Source: the human T2T-CHM13v2.0 reference genome, Homo sapiens
Length of the DNA stretch: 64,000 nt
NCBI RefSeq assembly: GCF_009914755.1
Contig: NC_060929.1
Direction: 5' to 3' (one strand)
Part shown: positions 42,700 through 57,200 of the stretch, one piece after another
Numbering within the stretch: position 1 is the stretch's first letter
Layout: each line of letters begins with the position of its first letter
Translations under genes and position numbers: made by a program
Notes under the pieces: generated by a model
Seen by the model: only the letters and a program-made list of their open reading frames with translations
The model's database searches: none
What the model was told of the DNA's origin: nothing

Positions 42700-43497
42700 A
42701 GTTTAATTGAGTCCTATTTGTCTATTTTTGTTTTTATTGCATTTGCTTTTGAGGTTTTAGTTATAAATTATTTGTCTAGGCCAATGTCCAGGAGAGTTTT
42801 TCCTAGATTTTCCTCTAGGATTTTTATAGTTTCAGATCTTACATGTAAGTCTTTAATCTATCTCAAGTTAATTTTTGTATATGGTAAGAGAATAGAGATG
42901 ATTTCTCAAAAAATTAAAAATAGGACTACCACTCAACAGTCCCACTACTGGGTATCTACCGAGAGGAAAATAATCTTTATATGAAAAAGATGCCTGCACA
43001 CATATGTTTACTGCAGCACATATTTTGATGTGCAATAGCACATATTTACAATACATATTTACAATAGCAAAGTCATGGAATCAACTTTCATGTCCATCAA
43101 TGGATGATTGGATAAAGAAAATGTGGTACATATGTACCATAGAATATTATTCAACCATGAAAGAGAATGAAATCATGTCTTTTGGAGCAACATGGTTGGA
43201 GCTGGAGGTCATTATCCTAAGTGAAATAACCCAGAAATAGAAAATCAAATACCACATGTTCTCGCTTATAAGTGGGAGCTGAACAATGGGTATGTATGGA
43301 CATAAAGAAGGAAATAATAGACAGTGGGGACTCCAAAAATGGCGAGGATGGGAGGGGGATGAGGGTTGAAAAATTACCTGTTGGGTACAATGTTCACTAT
43401 TTGGGTGATGCGTACACCAGAGGCCCAAAGCTTATCATTATGCAATATATCCTTGTAACAAACCTTCACATGTACCCTTTAAATTCATAATAAAAAT
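42700..43497. mobile_element. L1PB-like element with 5' inversion (minus 42700-42893, plus 42898-43497)
   Basis: An antisense ORF2 piece directly abuts a sense ORF2 end, 3'UTR and poly-A. Short TSD-like GTAAAATA on both flanks. Confidence 0.75.
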
Positions 43498-44236
43498 ATT
43501 TTTAATGTAAAATAATGTTTCCTTATGATTAACTTAAAAATACAATACAGAATCTCAGCTTTCAAAAACACAAATACAGTTAAAAATGCAAAATAAAAAT
43601 CTAGTGAATATCATTTATATAAAATTTAAAAACATACAAAACAATATCACATATTTTTCATTGGTACATACATATTTAGTACAAGCACAAAAATATGAAC
43701 TGGAAAGATACATACCAACTTAATGAAAGTGACTGTATCTGAGTAGTAGAAGAGAGAAAAGGCAATAGAATTTTTTTGGGGGGCGGGGATGTGGTACAAA
43801 GTAATTAATTGGATGTATTATTGTTGCTTCTTAAAAAAGGGTTTTAAAGTATATATGTCTACGTCTATACACATAAACACATATATATGCAAAGTGTATA
43901 TGATATATATGTATTAACATTCATCAATTCTATATAGTGAGTACCTGATGTTTGTTGTATTTCTGTAAACCTTCTATAAGAATATTTTTATAAAGAGTAA
44001 TACAATAATTATAATTTATTTATTTATAATTCTATCTTAATATATACAAGTAGAATATGTCAGAATGACACATAAAGGCTGATTTACCCATTTTCACTAT
44101 TCACTCAATCTTTATCTTCTGTTTATATAAATAATCTAGAGATTTAGTACAAATTAATTCAAGAGCTAGTTTTCAAATTAGATAACCCCAAAGTGCATAT
44201 TTTTGTCTTTAATCACATCAAATAAATTGTCCTCAC

Positions 44237-44465
44237 CTTCAGAAATTTTTTGTTTACTGATTTCACAGGCAATTCCCTCAAATTTGAATGGGCAGGCACA
44301 CAAACACTTTCCATCCATTAGAATCACTGTACCTCCATTTTGGCATGTGTGGCATTTTCTTACACTAAATTCATTGATATAGTCTTCAATGGCTCTTTCC
44401 AAGTTTTGTTTCTTTAGGTGTGCATTTTTCATTTTCACTGGAACCAGATTATATATAGGAGACAG
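44237..44465 (-). CDS. C9: Complement C9 exon 10 (end of MACPF plus EGF-like domain)
   Basis: Acceptor TTCCTTTCAG|CTG, donor GAAG|GTGAGG, 229 nt. Translates [76 protein letters not shown]. Overlaps ORF 44178..44438. Confidence 0.98.
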
Positions 44466-46029
44466 CTGAAAGGAAGCAAAACATTTAATTTTAGGTCCTT
44501 TTTAACTGAGAGAACTTGTAGAATACACTTTACTTAATTATTCATTCACTGATTCATTAATTCAACAAAGACTTATTGAATGTATAGTATTGCCAGATGT
44601 GATGTTAGCTTTTAAACAATCAAAACTAGTCAAGATGACTGCTATCAGGGAGGTCATATTACGGAGTTAAGGAGGCTGATATTAATAAAATAATGATGCA
44701 TAAATTTCAAATAGAAAGTGTGATAGGTGCTACAAAAAAAAAACAGGTATATGTGCTTTAAAAATGAACAACTGAGGGACTTAAACTTCTGGCTTGATAA
44801 TTTATTGACATATTTTGTGAATTGTTTTTGCTGCCTTCTTCCTTCTCTTCCAGAAGGTAACCAGATGCTTGCTATCTCTTGCCTAAGAGGAGGTTTGTGT
44901 GCAAGGCCAAGTCCAGAATGCCCCTGAAGGCAACCTTTTTCTAATTTCTTTCTTGTTTTTTTTTTCCTCTAAAAGTCTAAATTCATTGAGAAATTTTTGT
45001 AGAGGGAAGGAATATAGAAGAATGCCACCAAGGAAAGAGATTCCTCCAGAATAGAAAGGGGATAGAAGTTAGTATATACCTCAAGTAACAGGAAACCATA
45101 GCTAGATATTTAGCAGCTATTTTGGGAGATAGAAGGACCTATGGGGTGCCTTGAGGAAGCTGCATATGAAGTATCAGGAATCCAGTCTTGTCAGTGATTT
45201 CCATTTGCAAGCCTGGCATGGAGGGCTTGGAAATATTTGACTTCTAGTGAACATGTGAGCCTGAACAATAAGGTTATTGAGGTAACTACGATGAACTAAA
45301 GGCATATGTAAATTATATCTCCATTTCCCAGATGGAAGTGTTAGGATTCTTATACCAATTTAGACAGCAGGGAAAAAATTTCCTGAGCCCCATCCAACAA
45401 GTAAATGAAAGGTGAATTTTCTAGCAACATGGAGGGACATGATCTCAAAATCACATTTAATTAGATGTAAAGAAAATGAAGTAAAAGTATTTATTTGGCA
45501 CACTCAAATTCCTGCAGTAAGATACACAGTTGCTACACTGAAATCAAGGAAGTTTGGAAAGCTTTGACAATAAATACTGAGCTGAGATTTGAAGGTGTCA
45601 AGGCAGAGAGAAGACTATTTCAGGCATACAGTAAAGAATTTTGAAAGTTTTTAAATGGAGGAGGAAGTTGGGAAGATGTTGTTCCAAAGATACAAAATTG
45701 TAGTTAGATAGAAGGGGTAAGTTCAGAAGATCTATTGTGCAGCTTGATGATCATAGAAAAAAATTAAAAAGTTCTTATAATGGAGATATCATAACATATA
45801 CAGGGAAATTTATATGTTCACTTAATTTAAGCAAATTCAATTGTGTAACTAGCAAGAGCTGTTTGAGTGAATAAACTGTTAGAAATAGAGGCACTTTGGT
45901 GGCAGAGCACTTTAAAACAAGAGACCACAAAACTTAAAAGAAATGAGAATCTATAGAGCCCAGAGCTAAAACAAACAAACAAACAAACAAACAAAAACAA
46001 AAAACAAACCAAAAAAACCCCACAAATTC

Positions 46030-48480
46030 CTGCAGAAGAATAATGATGGATTAAATAATGTGGACTCATCTTTTCCCTAAGGACAATGAGGAAAGCTAAA
46101 CAAAATAAAACCAAACATTTTTTTTTAAAACTGCTAAAATGCCCTGGAGAACTAATAAGAAAATAAAAAATCACTGATCTAAGATCTGGGAGGAGGTGGA
46201 AATCCAAGAGGTGGGCCCAGTATTCTAGGGCTACTAGTCCTCTTGACACATTTCCTAATTCAGCAAGAGTTAGTAGAGAGACTAGGAGGTAGAGCAACAC
46301 ATTACTGAGCTGAGGAAAAAACATTGGAATTCAGATCAACCAAGGTAGACATGCTATCCTTTGATTTGGGGACTAAGAGGGAAGTGGAAGTAGGATAGCT
46401 CTGGCAGAAACTGCAGCCCAGTTTGGATTAAAATAATCTTGGATCATTAGTGGGGATGCTGGAAGCTTTTCAAATATAAATATATATGTTTGAAATATAC
46501 AAAATTACCCCAGGCATCAGGCTACTCCTATAATAATTTTACGTACAGTATTTAGCCCACAGTAAAAATAACTAGGCACACAAGGAAATAACACAACATG
46601 AATGAGACCAGTGGAAATTATGGAAAATAGAAACAGCTATGGTGGCTGCCAATGTTTGTGCTATCAGACTTCAAACAATTATCAGACTTTAAACCAACTG
46701 TTTGCATAAACAGGGAGATAAGAGACAAGTCTGAAAATTTTAGCAAAGAACTGGAAGTTATTAAAAATAGATTTGAAAAAAAGAAACAAATATTAGAATA
46801 CAAATTAGTGAATTAGTTAAATAGCAAATGTGATAAAACTGAAGCAATTTAATGAATTGCAATATAGGTAAGAAGAAAATATTGACAATAAAGCATGAAG
46901 AGACAAAAGGATAGGATATACAGAAAGAGGGAAGGAAACATAAGTGATAGTGTGGGAAGGGAAAAGATCCATATATTTTGAGCCCCAGAAGGAGAACAAA
47001 GGACAGAATAAATAAGAAGCAATATTTGAAAAACTAATGACTGAGAATATTCCAGACCTGGTGAAAAACAACAAGATATCTTATGAATAAAAACTACGGT
47101 GAAAAATAATTTTGCACCTAGGTATTATCAGAGAAAAATTGCTAAAAAAACAAAACCCAAAGACAATGGAGAAAATCTTAAAAACAGTTTAGTAAAAAGC
47201 CTTAGTATTTTGAAAGTAGACTAAATTTGACTTTACTAGATACAATCAATAATATTATAAAGAGTCAAATGGAAATGTAAAAAATAAAAAGCATGATAAA
47301 AGAGATGAAAAATATCTTTGATGAGTTTGTCAGTAGATTTGACACAGCAAAAGAAAGAATCAGTAAACTTGATAAAAGGGTGGTAGAAATTAGCCAAATT
47401 AAAGTGCAAAGAGATAAAAGAATTGAAGGGAGGGAACCCAGAACTAAGCATCCAAGAGTGTGGGGCAATATGAAAGAGACTAGCACATGTGTTACTGGAA
47501 TCATTGAAAAAAGTGAAGAGGTTATAAGAAGGGGTTGAGAGGGGGAGAGAAAGAGAATGTGATTGTGGCAGAAGAAATATTTGAAGATATAATGACCAAG
47601 AATTTTTCAAAAGTAATTAAATAATCAAACCATAGACTCCAGAAATTTAGGGAACTTCAAGCAGAATAAATATACATCTCATTCAAACTGTGGAAAACCA
47701 AAGATTAAAATGAAATCTTCAAGGCGATGACAACAAAGGGAAATGCTACAAGCAGAAGGTCAAAGATAAGAGTTACAGCATACTGCTTATTTAAAAACTA
47801 TGCAAGCCAGAAGACAAAGGGGTAATATCTTTAAGTACTGAAAGACAAAAACAAAACAAAACAAAAAAAAATCCACACAAACTGTAAACATAGAATTTTA
47901 TACCTAATGAAATGTCATTGAAAAAAATACTTTTTTTTTCAGAGAAGAAAAAGCCAAGAGAGTTTGATACTAGCTAATGCACACTAAAAGAAATGCCAAA
48001 GGAAATTTTTCAGGCAGAAGAATTACCACAAAGAACTAAAATTTGGACCTACATAAAGTAATCATGAGCTCTGAGCATAACTAAAATGAAGGCAAAAATA
48101 TACCTTTCTAGTTTTAATTGCTCTAACATATATTATCTACAGCAAATGTTGTCGCATTGTAGTATGAGTTTATAGTGTATGTAAAAATTTAAAAATATGT
48201 ATGTAAAATATACATACACTATAAACTCATGATACAATATGATAAAAATAGCATTAAAAATGGGAGGGAGGATTTGGAAATATAGTGTATTTGTTTTACA
48301 CTATACATAAGGCAGCATAATATCATTTGAAGGCAGACTATGATAAATTAAGGATGTATATTGTGAATCATATGTTATAGAGTAAAAAATATTTTTTAAA
48401 AGAGACATGAGTAATATATCAATACTGGAAATAAAATGGAATCATATAACATACTGAATAAAAAAGAATAGTCAGGACAA
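46030..48480 (+). mobile_element. Old L1M (L1MC/MD-like) 5'UTR-ORF1 remnants in C9 intron 9
   Basis: Degenerate ORF1-like ORF 47293-47538 (SRFDTAKERISKLD…EISQ). Confidence 0.65.
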
Positions 48481-48609
48481 GAAAGGAACAATGTAATGAA
48501 TAAACAAGATTTAACTGAAATGTTAAAGGGAGAGTGCTGGAGTTCAGGGGGAAGCAGAAAGGCATCTGTGGTGGTTGGAAGGCCAGGGGGTCTTACATGC
48601 CCAGATTAC

Positions 48610-51600
48610 TACAGAAAGCCATTCAACTGCAAAGATAAACAACTAGGAAGGAAAAAAGAAACAAAAGATATTCAGAATAACCAGAAAACAATCAATAAAA
48701 AGACAGGGATAAGTCCTCACCTATCAATAATAACCTTGAAGGTAAATACATTAAGTTCCCCATTTAAGAGATATAGATAGCCTAAATGGACAAAAAGAAA
48801 TAATAGCCAACTATATGTTCCCTATAAGAAACTCACTTCACCTGTAAAGACATACATAGATGGGATGTGAAGGATGGAAAAAGATATTTCATGCAAAGGT
48901 AAACCAAAAGCAAGCAAGAGTAGCTATGCTTATATCAGACAAAGCAGACTTCAAGTCAAAAACTGTAAAAAGGAGAAAAATAATAACATTATATAATAAT
49001 AAAGGGATCAATTCAGCAAGAAAATATAACAATTTTAAATATATATGCAACCAACACTGGAGCACCCAGATACATAAAGCAAATATTAGATCTAAAGTGA
49101 AATAACAAAATAATATTTGGGTACTTCAACATTTCACTGTCAGCGTTGGAGAGATTATCTAAACAGAAAAATCAAAAATCCAAGAACACAGGATTTAAGC
49201 TGCACCATAGACCAAATGAACCTAACAGACATTTACAGAACTTTTTGCCCAAGAGCTGCAGAGGGCACATTCTTTTAATCAGTGCGTGGAACATTTTCCA
49301 AGATTAATCATATGTTAGAAAACATAACAAGTCTCGAAAAAATTTTACAAATTGAAATTATATTAAATACCTTCTAAGACCACATGGAATAAAACCAGAA
49401 GTCAATAATCAGGGAAACTTTGGAAACTGTACAAATACATGGAAATTAAACAATATGCTCCTGAATGACCATTAAATCAATTAAGAGATTAAGAAGGAAA
49501 TGTTTTAAATTTCTTGAAATAAATGAAAATAGAAACAGAACATACCAAAACTGACGATACACAGAAAAGGCAGTAGTAAGAGGGAAGTTTATAGAAACCA
49601 ATGTCTACTTCAAAAATCTAGAAAATTTTCAAATAAACATCTTAATGATACATTTCAAGGAGCTAGAAAAGCAAGAACAACCCAAACCCCAAAATAGTAG
49701 AAGGAAAGAGATAATAATGATCGGAGCAGAAATAAACGAAATTGAGACTGAAAACATATACAAAGGATTAATGAAACAAAAAGTTGATTAAAGGTTTTTA
49801 TTTTAAAAGAAAGACAAAATAAACAAACAATAGCTAGACTAAGAAAAAGAAAAAAGAAGCCCCAAATAAATAAAATCAGATACAAAAATAGAGATATCAC
49901 AACAGATACCACAGAAACACAAAGGGTCATTAGATACTGCTATGAACAACTATAAACCAATAAATGTAAAAACTTAGAGAAAATGGATAAATTTCTAGAC
50001 ACATACAACCTCTCGAGTTTGAACCAAGAATAAATAGAATACCTGAATAGCCTAATAATAAGTAAAGAGATTGAAGTTGTAATAAAAAGTCTTTCAACAA
50101 AGAAAGGTCCAGGACCAGATGGCTTCAATGTTGCATTCTACCAAATCTTTAAACAAGAATTAACACTAATTCTTCTCAAAAATTTTTTTAAAGACTGAAA
50201 TGAAGGGAACTCTTCCTAACTCATTTTATGAGACCAGCATAACCCTGATATCAAAACCAGACAAGGACACAACACACAAAAAAACCCATAGACCAATATC
50301 CCCAATGAACATAGATGCAGAAGTCCTCTACAAAATATTAGCAAACTGATGGCAACAATACATCAAAAAGATAATACAGCATGATCAAGTGGGCATGAAT
50401 TATCCGAGAAATAGTTCAACATATGGAAATCAATAAATGAGAAACATCACATCAGCAAAATTATGAACAGAAACCATGTGATCATCTCAATAGATGCAGA
50501 AAAACCATTGGATAAAATTTAACTTCTCTTTGTGATACAAATTCTCGATAAATTAGGTATAGAATAAAAGTAATTAAACACAATAAAGGCCATATATGAC
50601 AAACCCACAGCCAACATAATACTGAATGAGAAAAAGCAGAAAGCTCTCCCTCTAAGAACTGAAACAAAGATGCCCACTCTCACCACTCTTATTTAACATA
50701 GTACTGGAAATCCGAGCCAGAGCACTTAGGCAAGAGAAAGAAATAAAGGACACCTAAATTGGAAAAGAGGAAGTTAAATTGTCCCTGTTTGCAGAAGACA
50801 TGATCTTATATGTAGAAAATCCTAAAGACTTTACCAAAATACACTTAGAACTGACAATCGACTTTAGTAAATCTGCAGAATATAAAATCAACATGCAAGA
50901 ATCAGTAACATTTCTATTAAAGAACAACAAACTAGGCCAAAAAAGAATGCAAAAAGTCAATACCATTTACAATAGCTACAAAAGAAGATACTGAGGAATA
51001 AATTTAACCAAAGATGTAAAAGAAAAACTATGAAACACTATTGAAAGAAATGGAAGAGGATACAAACAAATGGAAAGAAATCCCATGCTCCAGGCTTCGG
51101 CCTTACTACCAAAAACAATCTACAGATTCAGTGCAATCTCTATCAAAATGACAATGACATTCCTCACAGAAATTGAAAAAAAAATCTTAAAATTTGTGTA
51201 GAACCACAAAGACCTCAAATAGCCAAAGCAATCTTAAACAAACAACAACAACAACAAAAACAAAGCTAGGAGTATCGCATTATCGGATCTCGAAATATAT
51301 TACAAAGCTGTAGTAACCAAATCAGCATTGTACTGCCATAAAAACAGGCACATAAGCAAATGGAACAGAACAGAGAACCGGAAATTAATATATCTATCTA
51401 CAGTCAACTAATTTTTGACAAAAGTACCAAGAAAAATAACTGGTTTCTTTTCAATCTTTTCAATAAATTGTGCTAGGAAAAACTGATTGTCCATATGCAG
51501 AAGAATAAAATTAACCCCCCACTTTTTGTCCTATAAAAAATCAACCCAATATAGAATACTTTATTGTAAGACCTAAAACTATAAAACTACTGGAAGAAAA

Positions 51601-52817
51601 CATAAGGGAAATGCTTCAGGACATTGGTCAGGGAAAAAATTTTCTGAATAGGATCTCAAATGCACAGGGAACAGAAGCAAAAATACACAAATGGTTTATA
51701 TCCAATTGAAAAGCTTCTGTATAGCAAATAAAACAATCAACACGTGACCTGCAGAATGGGGAAAAATATTTTCAAACTATGCATCTGACAGGACACTAAT
51801 ATCCAGAATTTAGAAGGAACTCAAACAACTAACAACAACAAAATAAATAATCTGATTGAAAAATAAACAAATGATCTGAAGAGCCATTTTGCAAAAGAAC
51901 ACACATAAAAGGCCAAAAAGTATATTTAAAAATGTTCAATATCAAACGGATAAAAATAAACAATGCTGGCAAGGATGTGGAAAAAAAAGGAACTCATAAC
52001 ACTGTTGGTGGGAATGTAAACTAGTATAGTCACTATGTAGAACTATATGAAGGTTCTTTTGAAAACTATAAACACAATTATCACATGATCCAGCAATTCC
52101 AATGCTGGCATTTATCCAAAGGAAAGAAAATAAGTATATAAAAGAGACATCCGCACCCTTCTGTTTATTGCAGCATTATTCACAGTAGCCACATGGATAA
52201 ATAAATAATGTATTTTTTCTTTTTAAAGAAAATAATGTATGTACACAATGGAATACTATTAAGCCATAAAAAAGAACAAAATCTTGTCATTTGTGGCCAC
52301 ATAGATGGAACTGGAGGATATTATGTTAAGTGAAATAAGCCAGAAAGAGAAAGCTAAACACCGCATGTTTTCTCTTATATGTGGAAGCTAAAAAAAAAAC
52401 TGATCTCATAGATGTAAAAAGTAGAACAGAGGATACTAGAGGTTGGGAAGGGTAGGGGAAAGACAATACAATAAAGGCCATATATGACAAAACCACAGCC
52501 AACATCATACTGAATGGGAAAGAGCATACTGAAAGGGATATTTGTTAAAAGATACAACATTACAACTACATAGGAGGAATAAGTTCTAGTGCTCTATAAC
52601 ATTGTAGGATTACTATAGTTAATAATTATGTGTTATTATACATAGTTTCAGGTATCTAGAAGAAGAATATTGAATGTTCCCAACACAAATAAATGACAAA
52701 TGTTTTAGATGATGGATACACTAATTACCCTGATCCGATAACTATACATTATCATTATCAAAATATCACTATGTACCCCATAAGTATGTACAATTCTTAT
52801 ATGTCAGTTTAAAAAAG
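48610..52817 (+). mobile_element. L1MA-like element (ORF2 to poly-A) nested in the older L1M
   Basis: Degenerate EN (GWKKIFHA…SDKADFKSK), RT (SLFAEDMILYVENPKD) and an L1MA-type 3'UTR ending tatatgtcagtttaaaaaa. Confidence 0.85.
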
Positions 52818-52819
52818 AA

Positions 52820-55350
52820 ATGTCGGAAATGAGCAAAAAGGAGACAAAGAATATACAGAACAAATAAAAACAACTAGCAAGTACAGATTTTAATTTAACT
52901 GTTTCATTAATTACATTAAATGCAAATGGATTTAATACACTAATTAAAATACAGATAGTTACTTTAGATAAAAATAGCAAGACCCAACTATATACTGTCT
53001 ACAAGAAACTCACTTTAAATACAAAGCTGTAGATAGTTTCAAAGTAAAAGGATGGAAAAAGTTATCCCATACAACATTAATTAAATGGAACCTCCTTGGC
53101 TATATTACCATACAAAAAATTCTTAACAAATAATATTGTTAGGAATAAAAAGTTGAAGTTTTCAATATACAAAGAAGATATATAATCTAAATGTGTATGC
53201 ACCCAATGACAGAACTTTAAAATACATAAAGCTCAAACTGATAGAACTGAAAAGAGAAATAATAAATATACCTAGACATTTCAAAGTTCTGCTCTCTATA
53301 ATTGAAAGAGTAAGGGCACAGGAAAAGAAGTCCTGGGCTGTGCTATCAACTAATTGACCTAACTGACATTTACAGAGCATTCTACCCAACAACAGCAGAA
53401 TACATATTCTTTTCAAGTGCACATAGGCATATCTATGCCTTAAAAATACTCAATATATTGAGAATAATGAAAATAATACAAAGTATGTCCTCAGACCAAA
53501 CAAAATGAAAGTTGAAATAAGTAACAGAAAGCTATCTGAAAAATCCCCAAATATTTACCCCATTAATTACCACATTTCTGAATAACCCATGTGTAGAAGA
53601 GAAAGTCACAAAAAATTAGAAAATATTTTAAATTGAATGAAAATGAAAACACATCAAAACTTGTGGGACACAGTTAAAGAAATGCTTAAAGGTCAATTTA
53701 CAGCACAAAATACCTATATTAGACAAGAAAAAAATATCTAAAATCAATAATAACAGCACCCAGCTTAAGAAACTAGAAACAGAAGAAAAATTTAAGTACA
53801 AAGCATAAGGAAGGAAATAATGAGAATTGAAATAGAAATTGAAATGGGAAAAAAATAGAGAAAATTTTTTTAAAGCTGCTTTTTTGAGATTACAAAAAAT
53901 GATAAACCTCTACCAGATTAATTAAAAATCAAACAAGATAAGACAAAAGGGAAAAACTTTAAATTAACAATACCAGGAATCCAAGACAGGATATCACTAT
54001 AGAATCTACAGACATCAGCTGCTTAATAAAATGGAAAAATTCCTTGAAAGACAATTGATAAAAACTGAATCAGAAAAAATGCATAATTGGACTTCTAATA
54101 TCTATTTAAATAATTGAATTTAGAGTTAAATTTTTTTCTAACAAAGAAGGCCTAGATGGCATTATTGGTGAATTCTACAAACATTTAAAAAAGACATATC
54201 AATTCTACAAAAACTTTTTCATAAAATAGAGAAGAATTTACTTCTCACTTATTTTACAGTTAGCATTACTTTGATACCAAAACCAAATAAAAATAGTTAG
54301 GAGAAGAAAATTACAAATCAATATCACTCATGAACATATTTGCAAAATATCCCAAGACAATAGCAAACCAAATACAATAGTTTTTAAGCACCAGGTTTGC
54401 TCAAAATTTAAATAATCAATATCATTCACCATAACAACTTATTAAAAGTGAAAAACCATATGATCATCTCAATAAAGAAAAATTCTTGGACAAAATTCAA
54501 CATCTATTTATGACAAAAATTCTGAGCAAACTAGGAATTAAAGGGAACTTCCTCAACCTGATAGAGATAATCTATGTAAAACCTACAGCTAACATCATAC
54601 TTAATGGTGCAATATTATATTAGATGCATTAGACAATGCAATAATGCAAGAAAAAGAAATAAAATACATAGAGATTGAGAAAATAAAGAAATCTCTATTT
54701 CAGATGACATGATTATCTAAGGAATTGAAACTCTCATATATTTCTGGTGGTAATGCAACTACTTTGGAAAAAAATTTGGCTATTTCTTATGTAATTTTGT
54801 ATAAACACACATATCATATGACCAAGCAATCTCTCTCCTAGAGAAAAGAAAAGTATGTTCATGCAAAATTCTGTATTCAAATATTTATAATGGCTTTATT
54901 CATAATCACCAAAAAATATCCCCGTCTGGGAACAAATAAATGTCCTTCAACAGATGACTAGATAAACAAACTGTTTAATCTATATCATGGAACTACATAT
55001 AATGGAATACTACTGAGCAATGAAAATGAAAGGAACTACTCATACATACAAGAATGTCGATGTGTGAATGTGGATGGATCTCAAATGTGTAACACTAAGT
55101 GAAAGAAGCCAAATTCAAAAAGTTACATGATTACATTTATATGGCAGTAAATAGATCAGTGGTTATGTAGAAGTGGGGCAGGAAAGAGGAGTTGATTGAA
55201 AATGGACATGATAGAACTGTGTGGTAGAAATGTTTTATGTATTGGTTTTCATGGTAGTTTCATGATTGTAAGTGTTTGTGGAAACCTAGGGCCCTTTACA
55301 CTAAAAAAAATAAATTTTACTTTACATAAGTAATGTCTATTTTTAAAAAT
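52820..55350 (+). mobile_element. Continuation of the older L1M (ORF2 and L1MC-like 3' end)
   Basis: attacattaaatgcaaatgga…caagaaactcactttaaa… ORF2 start resumes after the L1MA. Confidence 0.7.
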
Positions 55351-55644
55351 CTAATTACATTAAAATGTATCTATATACTACTCACTAAAAACCAAGATAT
55401 AAAATTATATTATATGAATTCAAATTGGCTAACTATACCTCTGATAAAGACTCTGATGACTGGAAAATGTACACTAAAATATTAACATTATGATATCTAT
55501 TTCACTTGTGTTTTTGGATTATATTAGAAAAGGTTTGTTAGGTTAGAGATTTTTATCTCTTTTATTCACTGCTTTAGACTCAATGCCACAATAGAGCCTG
55601 GTACACTGCAGGTGCCTAAGAAGTATTTGTCAAAGATGAAAATA

Positions 55645-55978
55645 GGCTGGGTGCAGTGGCTCCTGGCTGCAATCCCAGCACTTTGGGAGGCCAAGGCAGG
55701 TGGATCATTTGAGGTCAGGAGTTTGAAAACAGCCTGGCCAGCATGGTGAAACCTGTTTCTACTAAAAATACAAAAATTAGCTGTGCATGGTGGCAAGCAC
55801 CTGTAATTCCAGCTACTTGAGAGGCTGAGGCAGAAGAATCCTTTGAAGCCAGGAGGTGGAGGTTGCTGTTAGACAAGACTGCACCACTGCACTCCTGCCT
55901 GGGTGACAGAGTGAGACTCGATCTTTAAAACAAAAACAAAAAGAAAAGAAGCAAAAAGAAAAGAAAAAGAAAAGAACA
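55645..55978 (+). mobile_element. Alu (Sz/Jb-like)
   Basis: Full dimer with a patterned A tail. Confidence 0.88.
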
Positions 55979-56659
55979 AAGATCATCACATTTGATTTAA
56001 AAAGTCCAACTAATCCAAACAAAACTTGAGGACACAAACAAATTGAGAAAAAAAGACTGGAGAATGTGTGCTATGTGCATACCAACAGAGACGTCTGGCA
56101 AACATAGGTAATTTAAAAAAAAAAATTGAGGCAGAAAACATTTACTAGAAATAAAGGAAGACATTTTAATTGACCAAGAAAATGTAATAATTCTAAATTT
56201 GTATGCCTTTGGTAATATGCCTTAAAATATATAAAATAAAAATTGATCCAAGTACAAGGAGAAATAAATACACAAATGTAGTGTAGAGTTATAGATTTCT
56301 TAGAATTTTCTATTTAAACAACATACCATGTATAGAAAGACAGTTTAACTTCTTCCTTGCAGTCCTTAGGTATTTTATTTATTTTTCTTGCTTTATTTCA
56401 CTGGCTAGGACTCAGTGTAATATGAAATAAAAATGATGAGAGTTAATATTTTTCGTGTATTCCTTATTTTAGTGAGACCAAGTTTAATATTGTAGATCTA
56501 AATATAAAAGCAAAATAATAAAGCTGTTGAAGGATAATACATAGGAAAGTATCAAGGCCTTGAGGTAGGAAACAACTTTAATTCAAACATTAAAAGCACT
56601 AACTATAGTGAATAGAAAGATACATTTAACTAAGTCAAAATAAAAAAATCATCAACATC

Positions 56660-57200
56660 ATAACCCATAATATGATGCACTGAGAATAACAGAACATTAC
56701 TTCTGTAGTATTCTTGCCAAATATGCATAACCTTAACCTACTTGAATGCTAAATTGGGAGACATTTGACGTGATAACTGACCAGTCCTCATAAAAAGTGT
56801 CAAGGTTGAGAAAGACTAGGAAAGTCTGAAGACCTATAACAGATTGGGAGACAGTAAAGAGATGTGACAACTAAATGCAATGTGGGACCCTAGATTGGAT
56901 CCTGAAACAGGAAAAAAAAAAGGTTAAGGGAAAAACTTGTGAAATTTGTACAAAACCTGTGCTTTAGCTAATTACTCAGTGTGAATTTTCTGATTTTGAT
57001 AATTTTACTATGCTTATGTAAATTACTAACATTAGGAGCTGGGAGATGAAGCTTATAAGTGAATTCTCTCTACTATTTCTGCAATATTACTCTCTGTACT
57101 ATTCTGCAATATTACTTCTGCAATACTACTTCTGCAATATTACTATCTGCACTATTTGTGTAATTTTGCTGTGTCTAAAATTAGTTCAAAATAAAAAGTA
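56660..57200 (+). mobile_element. Old L1MC/ME 3'UTR with a ~15-bp tandem repeat (57069-57165)
   Basis: …aactaaatgcaatgtggg…gattggatcctg…; TTCTGCAATATTAC is repeated about 4-5 times. Confidence 0.65.

Noticed and set aside
44178-44236. C9 C-terminus [18 protein letters not shown] from the ORF track
   Set aside because: This is intron read-through past the GTGAGG donor at 44236. The spliced exon at 40747 gives the recognised ending.
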